In this document: piece after piece, positions 1 to 8,972 of the stretch
How positions within the stretch are numbered: the first letter of the stretch is position 1
How the letters are laid out: the number at the start of each line of letters is the position of its first letter
Virus record (IMG/VR): IMGVR_UViG_3300015157_000061
Span: 1 to 12,847 of that record
From: a virus
Taxonomy: Duplodnaviria > Heunggongvirae > Uroviricota > Caudoviricetes
Reading direction: 5' to 3' (one strand)
DNA: 12,847 bases
Program-made: the position numbers and the translations under genes
Notes under the pieces: model-generated
The model's database searches: none
What the model saw: the letters and a program-made list of their open reading frames with translations, nothing else
Told to the model about the DNA's origin: nothing

Positions 1-441
1 AAGCGGCGCAATATGCTCACTGGCTACCTGCATCAGGTTGTTTTTTGTTTCTTCAGCCTCCCGGATCCGGAACAGTTTTTCTGCTTCAGTATCCTTCACC
101 CAGGCTGTGCCGTTCCACTTCTGAAACTCCCCTTCCGGCGATAACCAGGTAACATTTTCCGGTAACGGACCGAGTTCAGAAATAAATAACTCGTCCCCTG
201 ACGCTACGTCATAAACCGTTTTCCCCCGATGGTCTTCAACGAGATGCCACGATGCCTCATCACTGTTGAAAACAGCCACAAAGCCAGCAGGAATATCTGG
301 TGGTGCAATATCGGTACTGTTTGCTGGCAGACCTGTATGAGGCGGAATATATGCGTCACCTTCACCAATAAATTCATTAGTTCCGGCCAGCAGATTATAA
401 ATTTTTATGGTCCGTGCTTGTTCACTCATTCTGAATGCCAT
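1..441 (-). CDS. tfa: Tail fiber assembly protein (lambda Tfa-like); N-terminal 147 codons, 3' end runs off the window
   Basis: Minus-strand translation from ATG (439-441) reads [47 protein letters not shown]..., near-identical to the remembered lambda Tfa N-terminus. The start overlaps the stf stop (TAATG). Confidence 0.85.
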   Translation of the reverse strand, partial: MAFRMSEQARTIKIYNLLAGTNEFIGEGDAYIPPHTGLPANSTDIAPPDIPAGFVAVFNSDEASWHLVEDHRGKTVYDVASGDELFISELGPLPENVTWLSPEGEFQKWNGTAWVKDTEAEKLFRIREAEETKNNLMQVASEHIAPL

Positions 442-3400
442 TATGCAAGCCTCACAATATAGTTAAATGCGATGTTTTTGACGGTGTTTTCCGCGTTACC
501 CGCAGCGTTAACGGTGATGGTGTGTCCATGTGAACCAATCGCAACGGAGTGCGTATGCGCACCAATACCTACAGTATGTGCATGTGCGCCAGAACTTGCT
601 GCAGTACCAGACAGCGAGTGGGTATGAGCACCTGCTGACTGTGTCTGAATACGTTGATAATACGATCTATAGGAAGAAGTCTCCGGGCTTACTTGATACT
701 GTGAATTCTGGACATAAGTGAACCCACCGCCATCATAAAATGCTAACGCAGAACCGCCGCCTCCTGGCCAACGAATACCATTACCATGAGTATGAACACC
801 GGCAGACCCCGTAGAGCCACTCAGACTGTGCGTATGCGCCCCGGTGTTATTCGTGGATTTAGTGCCGTAATCAAACGACGATGTGGTTTTCGTCCCCAAA
901 TCCGTACTGGATGCGCTGGCGCTGTGGGTGTGCGATTTTATGCCGTCCTGTTCCTGAGACAATACGGCCCGGCCACTAGCGGGTTTGCCCTTGATTGTCC
1001 AGCCGCGCATATCTGGAATAACACCTGAAGGATAGGCAATAGCCAGTTTCGGATATGCTGCCTTATCAAACGTCTGCCCCTGCATGATCGCATAACCTGC
1101 AGGTGGTGTATCTGATGGCCACGGCAGCGGAACACCTAGCGGAAACGCTTCAATATTTGCCGAGCCGTCAAATTTTACGCCGTTAATTGTCCTTGCAGTT
1201 TGCAATTTGGTTGCTGTGCTTGCATTACCCGATAAAGATCCAGTGATACCACCACTCGCGTTTAATTTAGTTGCAATTGTAACATTGCCAGTATGGTTAC
1301 TAATTATAAACGGCCTTAAGCTATTGTGCGTACCAAGACTGTTACCCGAATCTGTCAACATAAAATATGTGTTTGATCCATCATTTCGGATAAAGAATCC
1401 ATAGTTGCCATAGGCAATACGCAGACCATTTGCTGACCTTGAAATAACCTCACCAGCAGCAGTTAAACCACCTGAAAGAGTCCCTCCAGTTAATGCCAAT
1501 GCCCCAATATTTGAAGGGGTCAATGTGATATTTGCACTACCATCAAATGACACACCGTTAATCGTTCTGGCTGCCTGAAGTTTCGTGGCGGTCGCAGCAT
1601 TACCTGTAGTGTTTTGATTACCGGTAGCGTTGACTCCAGGCAAGTTGATATCTGCCGATCCATCAAATGCCACGCCCCCAATCTTACGTGCTGTCTTGAT
1701 CTTGGTCGCAGTATCTGCGTTTCCGGTCAAATTACCAGTAACACTACCACCAACTTTTAGTCCATTACCGATGGACACCAACCCTGATCTTAAGTTTATA
1801 GAGAATGGTCTTAATGAACCGATGTCTCCATTTTCCCCCTCCCCTTCATTAGTCGGAATAAGATGAAGATGATCTTCGGAACGCCTAAAAATAAGGCCAA
1901 AGGCTTGGTTGAATATTCGAAGAGCATTTATCGTGCTGATTTTTAACTGCCCTCCCATTGTGTCGCCAGTTTTTTGAACTGAACTATCTTTAACAGTTTT
2001 AACTGCCTTTGGCGTTGCCGCCAGCTTTTCACTGGTGCTGTTTGTTGCACTGCTGAGCTGTACTATCCCCTTTTTCGTCGTGCTCGCATCCTCCAGCGCC
2101 ACGGCGGATGCAATATCCTCTGCCCGTTTTGCTGCTGTCTCGGCGCGCGTTGCCGCGGATTCAGCAGCAACTTTGCTCTGAGATGCAGCCGTCGCACTGC
2201 CTGCCGCCTCTGATGCTTTCGCTGTTGCTGTCGTGGCACTACCTTTCGCTGCTGACGCTTGTCTGGTCGCCTCATCTTTTGAAGCAGACGCAGATGATGC
2301 CGATGACGCCGCTGAACTGGCTGACGATGCGGCTGCCGCCTTAGAGGAAGCAGCATTGTCTGCTGAAGTCTTTGCATTTGTTTCAGAGGTTTTTGCTGCA
2401 GAAGCAGACCTCGCTGCTGCAGTGGCTTGCTCAGTGGCTTTGCCAGCCTTCGTTGTGGCTGTTGAAGCGGATGATGCGGCGCTTTCTGCCGATTTTCCGG
2501 CGGCGGTGGCACTGGCTGAGGCCTGCCCGGCACTTGTTGACGCGGCACTGGCAGATAATGCAGCCGCTGTTTTTGAACCTGCCGCAGCTGAGGCGCTCTG
2601 TCCCGCTGCTGTTTCAGAAGACTTAGCGTTCGTCTCGGACGTTTTTGCCGCCTTCGCGGAATTTCCTGCCGCCGTTGCCGAGGAAGCTGCACTACTGGCA
2701 CTTGATGATGCATTCGTTTCTGAAGATTTCGCTGCCTCTTTTGAGGCCGCCGCACCCCGTGCCGAGGTGGCAGCTTCTGACGCCTTCGTGGTCGCTGTGG
2801 ATGCAGAAGTGGCTGCCGATTTTTGTGATGCTGCGGCATTCGTTTCTGACGTTTTCGCGGCACTGGCGCTGGTAGCTGCCGCGCTTTTTGATGACTCTGC
2901 AGCAGCAGCACTTTTTGCTGCTTCACGGGTCTTTGTCGATGCCGTTCCTGCGCTGGAAGACGCTGACTGAGCCGACGACGCGGCCTGTCCGGCTGACGTG
3001 CTGGCGGCACGTGCTGAGGCTGCAGCATCGGTTGCATGAGTTGCCGCCTCGCTGGCTGATGCACTGGCATCGCTGGCTGATTTTTTCGCGGCTGCCGTAT
3101 TCTGTGCAACCGCGGAGGCGTTACGTGACACCTCTTCCACCATCTGCTCAAAGCGGCGCAGTGCCTCCGGTCGGACATCATCCTCCGTCATGGCACCGAG
3201 AAAATCATTCAGCGTACCTGATCTGGAACCTTCATAGACGGTAATGGTCCCGGCATGTGAAGGCGGAAAACCTTCAACCAGCAGGGTGACGCTGTACTGG
3301 CCATGCTCAACATCCATGCTGTAACGTCCGGCTTCATCCGGATTTTCAGAGGCCACCGTGTTCACCACCACCGTGCTGCTGGTTCGTCTGGCCTTCAGCA

Positions 3401-3467
3401 CAATGGTGCAGTTCTGTACTGGTTTTCCTGTGCCATCTTTAAGCACGCCAGAAATTTTTACTGTCAT
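441..3467 (-). CDS. stf: Side tail fiber protein, full-length lambda Stf-like (1008 aa)
   Basis: Track ORF. N-terminus [20 protein letters not shown]... and C-terminus ...[40 protein letters not shown] match remembered lambda Stf. RBS GGTGGA lies upstream of the ATG. Contains an Ala/Ser-rich segment, a three-copy repeat block and His-rich GAHTHS motifs. Confidence 0.9.
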   Translation of the reverse strand: MTVKISGVLKDGTGKPVQNCTIVLKARRTSSTVVVNTVASENPDEAGRYSMDVEHGQYSVTLLVEGFPPSHAGTITVYEGSRSGTLNDFLGAMTEDDVRPEALRRFEQMVEEVSRNASAVAQNTAAAKKSASDASASASEAATHATDAAASARAASTSAGQAASSAQSASSSAGTASTKTREAAKSAAAAESSKSAAATSASAAKTSETNAAASQKSAATSASTATTKASEAATSARGAAASKEAAKSSETNASSSASSAASSATAAGNSAKAAKTSETNAKSSETAAGQSASAAAGSKTAAALSASAASTSAGQASASATAAGKSAESAASSASTATTKAGKATEQATAAARSASAAKTSETNAKTSADNAASSKAAAASSASSAASSASSASASKDEATRQASAAKGSATTATAKASEAAGSATAASQSKVAAESAATRAETAAKRAEDIASAVALEDASTTKKGIVQLSSATNSTSEKLAATPKAVKTVKDSSVQKTGDTMGGQLKISTINALRIFNQAFGLIFRRSEDHLHLIPTNEGEGENGDIGSLRPFSINLRSGLVSIGNGLKVGGSVTGNLTGNADTATKIKTARKIGGVAFDGSADINLPGVNATGNQNTTGNAATATKLQAARTINGVSFDGSANITLTPSNIGALALTGGTLSGGLTAAGEVISRSANGLRIAYGNYGFFIRNDGSNTYFMLTDSGNSLGTHNSLRPFIISNHTGNVTIATKLNASGGITGSLSGNASTATKLQTARTINGVKFDGSANIEAFPLGVPLPWPSDTPPAGYAIMQGQTFDKAAYPKLAIAYPSGVIPDMRGWTIKGKPASGRAVLSQEQDGIKSHTHSASASSTDLGTKTTSSFDYGTKSTNNTGAHTHSLSGSTGSAGVHTHGNGIRWPGGGGSALAFYDGGGFTYVQNSQYQVSPETSSYRSYYQRIQTQSAGAHTHSLSGTAASSGAHAHTVGIGAHTHSVAIGSHGHTITVNAAGNAENTVKNIAFNYIVRLA
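1146..1721 (-). repeat. Three imperfect copies of a 27-aa tail fiber repeat (GNAxTATKLQxARTINGVxFDGSANI) inside stf
   Basis: Protein repeats [54 protein letters not shown] and [27 protein letters not shown] are visible at DNA level as related blocks near 1150-1220, 1540-1610 and 1650-1730. Confidence 0.75.
2030..3095 (-). repeat. In-frame low-complexity Ala/Ser/Thr-rich coding repeat within stf (recurring AAKTSETNA units)
   Basis: Stf residues about 125-480 are almost entirely A/S/T/K/E, with KTSETNA recurring several times. The biased composition leaves long spurious open frames on both strands. Confidence 0.8.
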
Positions 3468-3481
3468 ACTTTTCCACCAAT

Positions 3482-3513
3482 AAAAAAAGCCCGCAGCAGT
3501 GACGCCACGGGCT
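3482..3513 (-). terminator. Possible intrinsic terminator or attenuator between lom and stf
   Basis: On the minus strand AGCCCG (3508-3513) pairs with CGGGCT (3488-3493) around a 14-nt loop, followed by a run of seven T. The loop is long, so the hairpin is weak. Confidence 0.35.
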
Positions 3514-3618
3514 TCAGGACAGTGTAACTTTACGTTTCCTCAAACGCAGTTCACCCCATAAGGTGGATGAACCTGCGTATCATAACAATATTTACAGAAG
3601 ATAAATCGGCGTCTGTTG

Positions 3619-4218
3619 TCAGAAACGGTATCCGATACCAACAATAAATGCATCCGTTCGCCAGTCGCCACTACCGGAACCTTCATAAGCAAGGTCAATG
3701 GTTACGGATTCGGTCGGGTTAAACTGCACGCCAGCCCCCCACGCCAGAGACGTGTTGCTGTGGCGACCGTCATCACTTCCGGTCAGCACATCGTGCGTTT
3801 TCCCCTTGTTGTCAGTTACGCGGAGATAATCCCCGGAGAAAGTCGACACACGGCTGTAAGCCACACCCACCATCGCATACGCGCTGAACCATTCATTCAC
3901 GCGTACAGACGGCCCCGCCATCACGCTGAACCAGCGGTTACGCACGGAATCTTCATGCCAGCGGGTATCGCTGTAGTGCGTTTTTTGCTCATCCTCAGCA
4001 TTGGCATAACTGAAGGACGTAATCAGCCCCAGCGCGTCCGTAAACTCATAACGGTATTTCACGTTAATCCCGTTCAGATTATCGCTGCCGGGAGCGTTCG
4101 TACGGGCATGAAGATACCCCGCGCTCAGTGTGGACTGATGTTCAGACGCCCATGCAGGCGCACCGGATACGGACAGACAGATGGCTGCGGACAAAATGGC
4201 TGCACAAACTTTACGCAT
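3619..4218 (-). CDS. lom: Lom outer membrane protein (Ail/Lom family beta-barrel)
   Basis: 199-aa ORF with signal peptide MRKVCAAILSAAICLSVSGAPAWA and C-terminal ...AYEGSGSGDWRTDAFIVGIGYRF ending in Phe, matching remembered lambda Lom motifs. RBS GAGAGG lies upstream. Confidence 0.9.
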   Translation of the reverse strand: MRKVCAAILSAAICLSVSGAPAWASEHQSTLSAGYLHARTNAPGSDNLNGINVKYRYEFTDALGLITSFSYANAEDEQKTHYSDTRWHEDSVRNRWFSVMAGPSVRVNEWFSAYAMVGVAYSRVSTFSGDYLRVTDNKGKTHDVLTGSDDGRHSNTSLAWGAGVQFNPTESVTIDLAYEGSGSGDWRTDAFIVGIGYRF

Positions 4219-4242
4219 AATTACCTCTCGCTTTTCTGCAAT

Positions 4243-4266
4243 AAAAAAGGCGCCATTTCTGGCGCC
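4243..4266 (-). terminator. Rho-independent terminator-like hairpin downstream of the J fragment, upstream of lom
   Basis: Minus strand reads GGCGCC-AGAAAT-GGCGCC (perfect 6-bp stem, 6-nt loop) followed by TTTTTTATT. Confidence 0.55.
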
Positions 4267-4285
4267 CGTATTGGGGTTATAAAAT

Positions 4286-5972
4286 TCAGCTAATCGTGAT
4301 GCCTGCAGTGGCTTTCTTCATCACAACAACCAGCAAATCGCTGATACTTGCTGTGGGATACCAGCCATTTACCCACCATGCTGATACAGAAAACTCCAGC
4401 GTCATGTGGCCGCGACCAGCAGGCATATCAATAACACCACTGTAAATCAGCGTATTATCCAGCGCGGTACGGTTATAAATTTCAGCACCGTTTTTCCGTA
4501 CTATCAGGCGGCATGACGAATAAGTATCGCTGTTCTCCCGCTCATGTCTGGCACCGCTGAAAGCCACCGCCGGAATAACAATCTGCCGGTTAAACGGCTG
4601 ATCGTCATAAACCCTGACGGTAATGGTTCCTGATGGCCAACGCTCCGGTGCACGGGAGTCACGGGGGAAAGCCTTACCCACTGTTTTAACGAGATCGCCT
4701 TCAATCTGGTTTGCAGACAGTTTCCCTCTGATGACACAGTTCTCGTTAATGGTGACATTATTGAGCGTGCCGGTATTCGCCGTGATGGCTCCACTGATAT
4801 CCGCATTGCGGGCTGTCAGCCTGCCATCCGGCGTCAGGGAAAACGTAGGAGGATTGCCGGATGACGTGATGCTCACCGCAAACAGTCGCTTCAGGAACAC
4901 GTCGTTCATGAACAGCTGATTCCCCTGCGCCACAAACAGCGGCGTGGTGTTGCCGTTCTCCGGGGTAATCATCGCGATACGGTCCGCCTGCAGCAGAATA
5001 CTGCTCAGCGTCTGACCATCAACATCCTCAATCCCCGCGCCAATCCCGGCCACATAGGGAATACCGTTTTTTGTTTTCTGCACCTTCAGCATATACATGG
5101 CATTCAGCTCATTGCGCGTGTCTGACTGAACCCGCTGGATTTGCTGTATGGTCACGGCCTGGTCACCCAGCTTTTTATCCGTGGTCGAGGTAATTTCACT
5201 CCCTTTTTTATCCACGTACTGGCGGACCTGTGCTATCTGTCGGGCGTTTTCTGACTGCCCCTGGCTGACAGTCTGTGAGATTTCACTGCTCACCCGGTCC
5301 ACTTTCTGGCTCACCTGCGCGATGGCCAGTGTCTGGTCCTCATTCTTTTTCGCAACCAGCTGCGTGAGGCTGTTTTCCGCCTTCCCGATTTTCCGGGTCA
5401 CTTCTGCGATATCCGTGTCCATCCGCTGACGGATGTCTTCTTCCAGTTGCGTGACCTCCGTACGCAGCGCTGAAGCATCAATGCGCTCTTTCAGTGCCTG
5501 GCCCAGAAGCGTCTCATCTATCAGCCCCCGGAAAATTTCCAGATACCCTTCACCATCATTGCTGGGCTGCCCGCTGGCTTCCACAAAAGCAGATTTTCCC
5601 ACCAGGTTGACGCTTCGCACGTAAAACCAGAAATCCGTCCCCGGCTTAATCCGGCTCCCATGGACAGTCCACTGACTGCCGGTCCCCAGATAACGGGCAG
5701 ATTTTTCCACCTGTGCTGTGTTCGTGATGCGTTTTTCTGAGAACCAGAATTCAAACTGTACCGTCGGGTCATACACCGCAAGACGCGGGACCGCCGTTAT
5801 CTGAAAATACCCCGGCGTCAGCTCAATGGTGGCGGGTTTTGCAGGTGCGTTAATCCTGAACGTGGTGGTGGCCGGTTCGCCCTGCTGGCCATAACTGTTA
5901 ATCGCCCTGACCGTCAGGGTGTATTCCCCCAGTGGCAGGCCGCTGAAACGGTGCTCCGTGTCTGCGGTGCTG
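4286..5972 (-). pseudogene. J: 5'-truncated tail tip / host specificity protein J; C-terminal part only, including the receptor-binding end
   Basis: The frame reads ...[79 protein letters not shown]... through ...[26 protein letters not shown]..., matching the remembered C-terminal portion of lambda J. An in-frame TGA sits at 5973-5975 and there is no ATG upstream; the track ORF begins at an internal GTG (5776). The N-terminal majority of J is absent. Confidence 0.8.
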
Positions 5973-6462
5973 CCAGTTCTCCGGGCAGGCGTTCACGCCG
6001 GATACGGTCAACATTCTCATCAAACGCCTGTTTCAGTGGGGCCGCCATCGGGATTTTCACCACATCAATAGGGTAACGGTTTTTCCCGGCCACACGCTGC
6101 ATGACATGCCAGCGACCGTTTTTTAATCGCTGAATGAATGCCCGCTGATACCGATGCTGACCGGCTTTAAGTATGCTGTTCGGACGACGGCCCAGCATCC
6201 TGATCCCCAGCTTAATCACTGGAAGATCACCGCGGTTAACGATAATTTTTGCGTTCGGATTTCTGACCGTCGCCCGTTTCAGTCTGGACCGTTCCTTAAC
6301 CAGTTTCCGGCGTACCTTTGTCTCCCGGGCAACCTGTGATGAAGACTGATTAATCGCCGTTGTGGCCACGCGGTTAATCGTCATTGCTGAAGCCGCCGGA
6401 ATGGCGTTTTTACGAACCCGGCTCAGATTATCAATCGCCTGATCAAGCCCTTTTATCGCCAT
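5914..6462 (-). CDS. Z: Tail completion protein Z-like, with the C-terminal ~19 aa replaced by out-of-frame J sequence at a deletion junction
   Basis: [66 protein letters not shown]...[30 protein letters not shown]...RIRRERLP matches remembered lambda gpZ. RBS GGGGGA precedes the ATG at 6460-6462. The tail [19 protein letters not shown] is a different reading frame of J DNA. Confidence 0.7.
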   Translation of the reverse strand: MAIKGLDQAIDNLSRVRKNAIPAASAMTINRVATTAINQSSSQVARETKVRRKLVKERSRLKRATVRNPNAKIIVNRGDLPVIKLGIRMLGRRPNSILKAGQHRYQRAFIQRLKNGRWHVMQRVAGKNRYPIDVVKIPMAAPLKQAFDENVDRIRRERLPGELAAPQTRSTVSAACHWGNTP

Positions 6463-6477
6463 AATTTCCCCCTGCGT

Positions 6478-8073
6478 TTATCGTCGCCGGTTAACAGCGG
6501 GTGGTTGCCCACGGTTGTCCGTCCCCACTTCACACAGATAAACGCCCCGCTGATTGCGGGTTTTCGGCATGGTGATCACCGGCTTGCCATAGACAGACGC
6601 GCCTTTTACCGGCAGCACACGGAAAACACCGTGTTTTTTTGACCTCTGGTAGACGATTTCACCATCGATCCCCCCGGTGTCCCAGCAGACACGGGAAATG
6701 GTCATTTCGGTGCCATCCGCATGGCGGTATTTTTTGTTGATCGCCGCATCCACACGTAACAGCGTCTCTTCCTCATCAGGACGCCCCATAATGATGATTT
6801 TATCCACCAGAAAAGCTTCCTCTCCCGGTGCCCATCCCCAGACATACATCTCAAAACGGTTTCGCTGCGAGTCAATGCCCGCCGTCAGATAAACCACCCG
6901 GGCAGGCACCGCCGCCGTGTAACGCACAACCTTATCCATCAGCACCTGGTGATCGAGTTTTTCGCCCACGGCCTCTTCCCAGGTCTCGCCCAGCGTGGTG
7001 TTCACAAAGGTTTTCAGGCCGTTGGGATCTTTCAGTGCATCCAGCCAGTCATAGACTATCTGTACCCAGGTGGTGAACGGACTGTACGCTGTCCAGATAT
7101 GGAACGTGATGGAGCGCGGCGGCGGAATTTCATTATCCGCGGCGCTGAAAAACGTCAGACCGTCACGGGTCCACATCCCCGTGTTTTCACAGATCCACCG
7201 CCCGTTGCTCTGGTCAAGCTCAGACTGATGGATCACGCAGCCATGATGTTCACAGAGGTAGAAAACGCTTTCGGGGCTGTCCTTCTCCCATTTAAGGCCA
7301 AAAGGCGTGGATTCATCGCCAAATTTCAGATACTGCTCCTCCCCACAGTGTGGGCAGGGCACATAAAAACGCATGAAATGCGCCGACTCGTTGGCCGCTT
7401 TTTCGATCTGGCAGGTGCCTTTGATTTTAGGCGTCGAGCCGCGAATGGATTTGGGCCATACAGAGCCCTCAATACGTTTATCCCCAAGCAGGGTTGGCGA
7501 ACCCTCTTTTTCGACATCCGGTTCGAACGAGGAAAGTTCGTCATAGCAGACCACGTCCACGGATTTTTCACGGTAGTTTTTGGCGGCAGCGCCGCCCAGG
7601 CACCAGAAACCCACACCCGATGAAAAGCGTTTCAGCGTGAGGGTATTGTCACGATGTTTACGCCCCAGCCATGGAAAAAGGTCTTTCAGACATGGCACAT
7701 CCCGAATCGTCGCCTCCACGTGAGACTTCATAAAATCTTCAGCGGCAGAATCCGTGGGCTGAAAAAGCAGACTGTTTCGGGATTTATGCTCAATAAAATA
7801 CCCGACCACCCCCAGCAACATCTTTGTATAGCCAACACGGGCAGATTTAATCAGATTAACAGTCCGGATCTGATCATTCCCCATGCTGTTCATGATGGCG
7901 ATCTGGAACGGCAGCGTTTTCCATTCTCCCTCACCATATGAAGATTCTTTAGGCAGATAATAATTTTGATCAGCCCATTCAACTGGCGTCACCGGCAATG
8001 CCCTTATCAGGGGCTGTAATGCTGTTGTGACAGCACTCATCATATTATTCAGTTGTTGCTCTGATATATTCAT
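6478..8073 (-). pseudogene. A: Terminase large subunit (lambda gpA-like), truncated: about 520 N-terminal residues then a 12-aa foreign tail
   Basis: MNISEQQLNN...VEWADQNYYLPKESSYGEGEWKTLPFQIAIMN...KSARVGYTKML...FMRFYVPCPHCGEEQYLKFGD...IWTAYSPFTTWVQIV...KGASVYGKPV...GVYLCEVGTD tracks remembered lambda gpA. It then ends ...NRGQPPAVNRRR* instead of the remaining ~110 aa. The likely true start is the internal Met (8071-8073), which overlaps the nu1 3' end as in lambda; the track ORF starts at 8130. Confidence 0.85.
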
Positions 8074-8554
8074 CGAGTAAATCCGGTAATTTATCCCCCG
8101 CCCGCGCACACTGATTTGCCCCCTTCGCAATAAGGGTTTTCAGATGGTCAAGATGGCGCGGTGTTAAATCAGGAAACTGTCGCTGCATGGATAAAGGGAT
8201 GGAATCAAGCGTACTGGATAACGCCATTGCCAGCTTGCTGAGGGCAAAAATACAGAACCCGGTATCAATAAGTTTTCCTTTTGACACCTCATTTTTTAAC
8301 TGCTGTGTAACAGCCTGTTCTGCTGTCAGTTCCCATCTGGCAATAAGCAATTTCTCCTCATAGTCGTCTTCGCTATCGCCATCAGGCACATCGTTTTTAC
8401 TTCTTCTCAGATACGATATGTAAAAATCGCGCCAGGCATCCAGATCCAGTTGCCCTCGCTTATTCGATATCGGGGCACCCGGCAATTTCTGCAATCTGCG
8501 AAGCTGGCGATCGGTCAGACTTAAATGCCTGGCAACTTCAGTCTGCGTAGCCAC
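8045..8554 (-). CDS. nu1: Terminase small subunit (Nu1-like DNA packaging protein), GTG start
   Basis: 169-aa ORF with an N-terminal HTH-like segment (TQTEVARHLSLTDRQLRRLQ). The C-terminal half (DTGFCIFALSKLAMALSSTLDSIPLSMQRQFPDLTPRHLDHLK...LLDEYI) parallels remembered lambda Nu1. It lies about 185 bp from cosN. Confidence 0.85.
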   Translation of the reverse strand: MATQTEVARHLSLTDRQLRRLQKLPGAPISNKRGQLDLDAWRDFYISYLRRSKNDVPDGDSEDDYEEKLLIARWELTAEQAVTQQLKNEVSKGKLIDTGFCIFALSKLAMALSSTLDSIPLSMQRQFPDLTPRHLDHLKTLIAKGANQCARAGDKLPDLLDEYIRATTE

Positions 8555-8737
8555 TCCTCACCTCGCAAAAACTCTCACTTCACAATCACAACAAAACCGG
8601 TCATGTCCGGCTTACATGTCTATTTTTTGTGCATGTCCGGTTCACAGAAGACCTCTTTTTTTATTTTTCATATAGTTAACTTGAAGAGAAACCGGACATG
8701 GTTCCCGGAAAATTTTCATAAATAGCGAAAACCCGCG
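8555..8737 (-). promoter_or_regulatory. cosB-like terminase-binding region with three copies of a 9-bp element (CATGTCCGG) plus a partial copy
   Basis: CATGTCCGG occurs at 8602-8610 and 8632-8640, and inverted (CCGGACATG) at 8692-8700. ACATGTC at 8614-8620 is a partial copy. AT-rich tracts lie between them. The position between cosN and nu1 equals lambda cosB (R3-I1-R2-R1). Confidence 0.6.
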
Positions 8738-8749
8738 AGGTCGCCGCCC
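8738..8749 (-). other. cosN cohesive-end site (12-nt GGGCGGCGACCT on the minus strand)
   Basis: Minus strand 8760 to 8701 reads AGACCGTTACG-GGGCGGCGACCT-CGCGGGTTTTCGCTATTTATGAAAATTTTCCGG, a near-exact match to the remembered lambda cos junction. Confidence 0.85.
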
Positions 8750-8972
8750 CGTAACGGTCTGGATCACCGGAAAGGACCCGCCAACGACTTTCGCGTGCAG
8801 GCATTAAAAATTTTGCAGTTCCATGCCTAGTTGAAACCTCGATTTCTATAACATCCAATTTTGTAAATTTAGATATAGCTCAACTTTTCCCAATGTTTTC
8901 AAGTGTATAAAAACAATTGGCGTTACGCCATAACACTATACTTAGGATAAGTAAAGATTTTAAGGAGTTTTA

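Noticed and set aside
2030-3095. Tandem repetitive DNA that might be taken for a VNTR or CRISPR-like array
   Set aside because: The repeats are imperfect, in frame within stf and encode the Ala/Ser-rich fibre segment. There is no repeat-spacer architecture.
2063-3181. Long minus-strand ORF (372 aa, Arg/Pro/Gln-rich) and several plus-strand ORFs (2108-2344, 2233-2970, 2372-2626, 2645-2875, 2888-3244) inside the stf repeat region
   Set aside because: They are alternative frames or antisense of the Ala/Ser-rich stf repeats. The GC-rich, stop-poor composition creates open frames by chance; no RBS, low-complexity products.
3616-4293. Plus-strand 225-aa ORF
   Set aside because: Fully antisense to lom, which has a signal peptide, RBS and strong family match.
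6949-7623. Plus-strand 224-aa ORF and other short ORFs (6677-6892, 6828-7076, 7326-7616, 7654-7941)
   Set aside because: Antisense or alternative-frame ORFs inside the terminase large subunit gene, which has a convincing full-length match.
8525-8725. Plus-strand 66-aa ORF spanning the nu1 start and cosB
   Set aside because: Lies across the noncoding cos region and the nu1 start, with no RBS.
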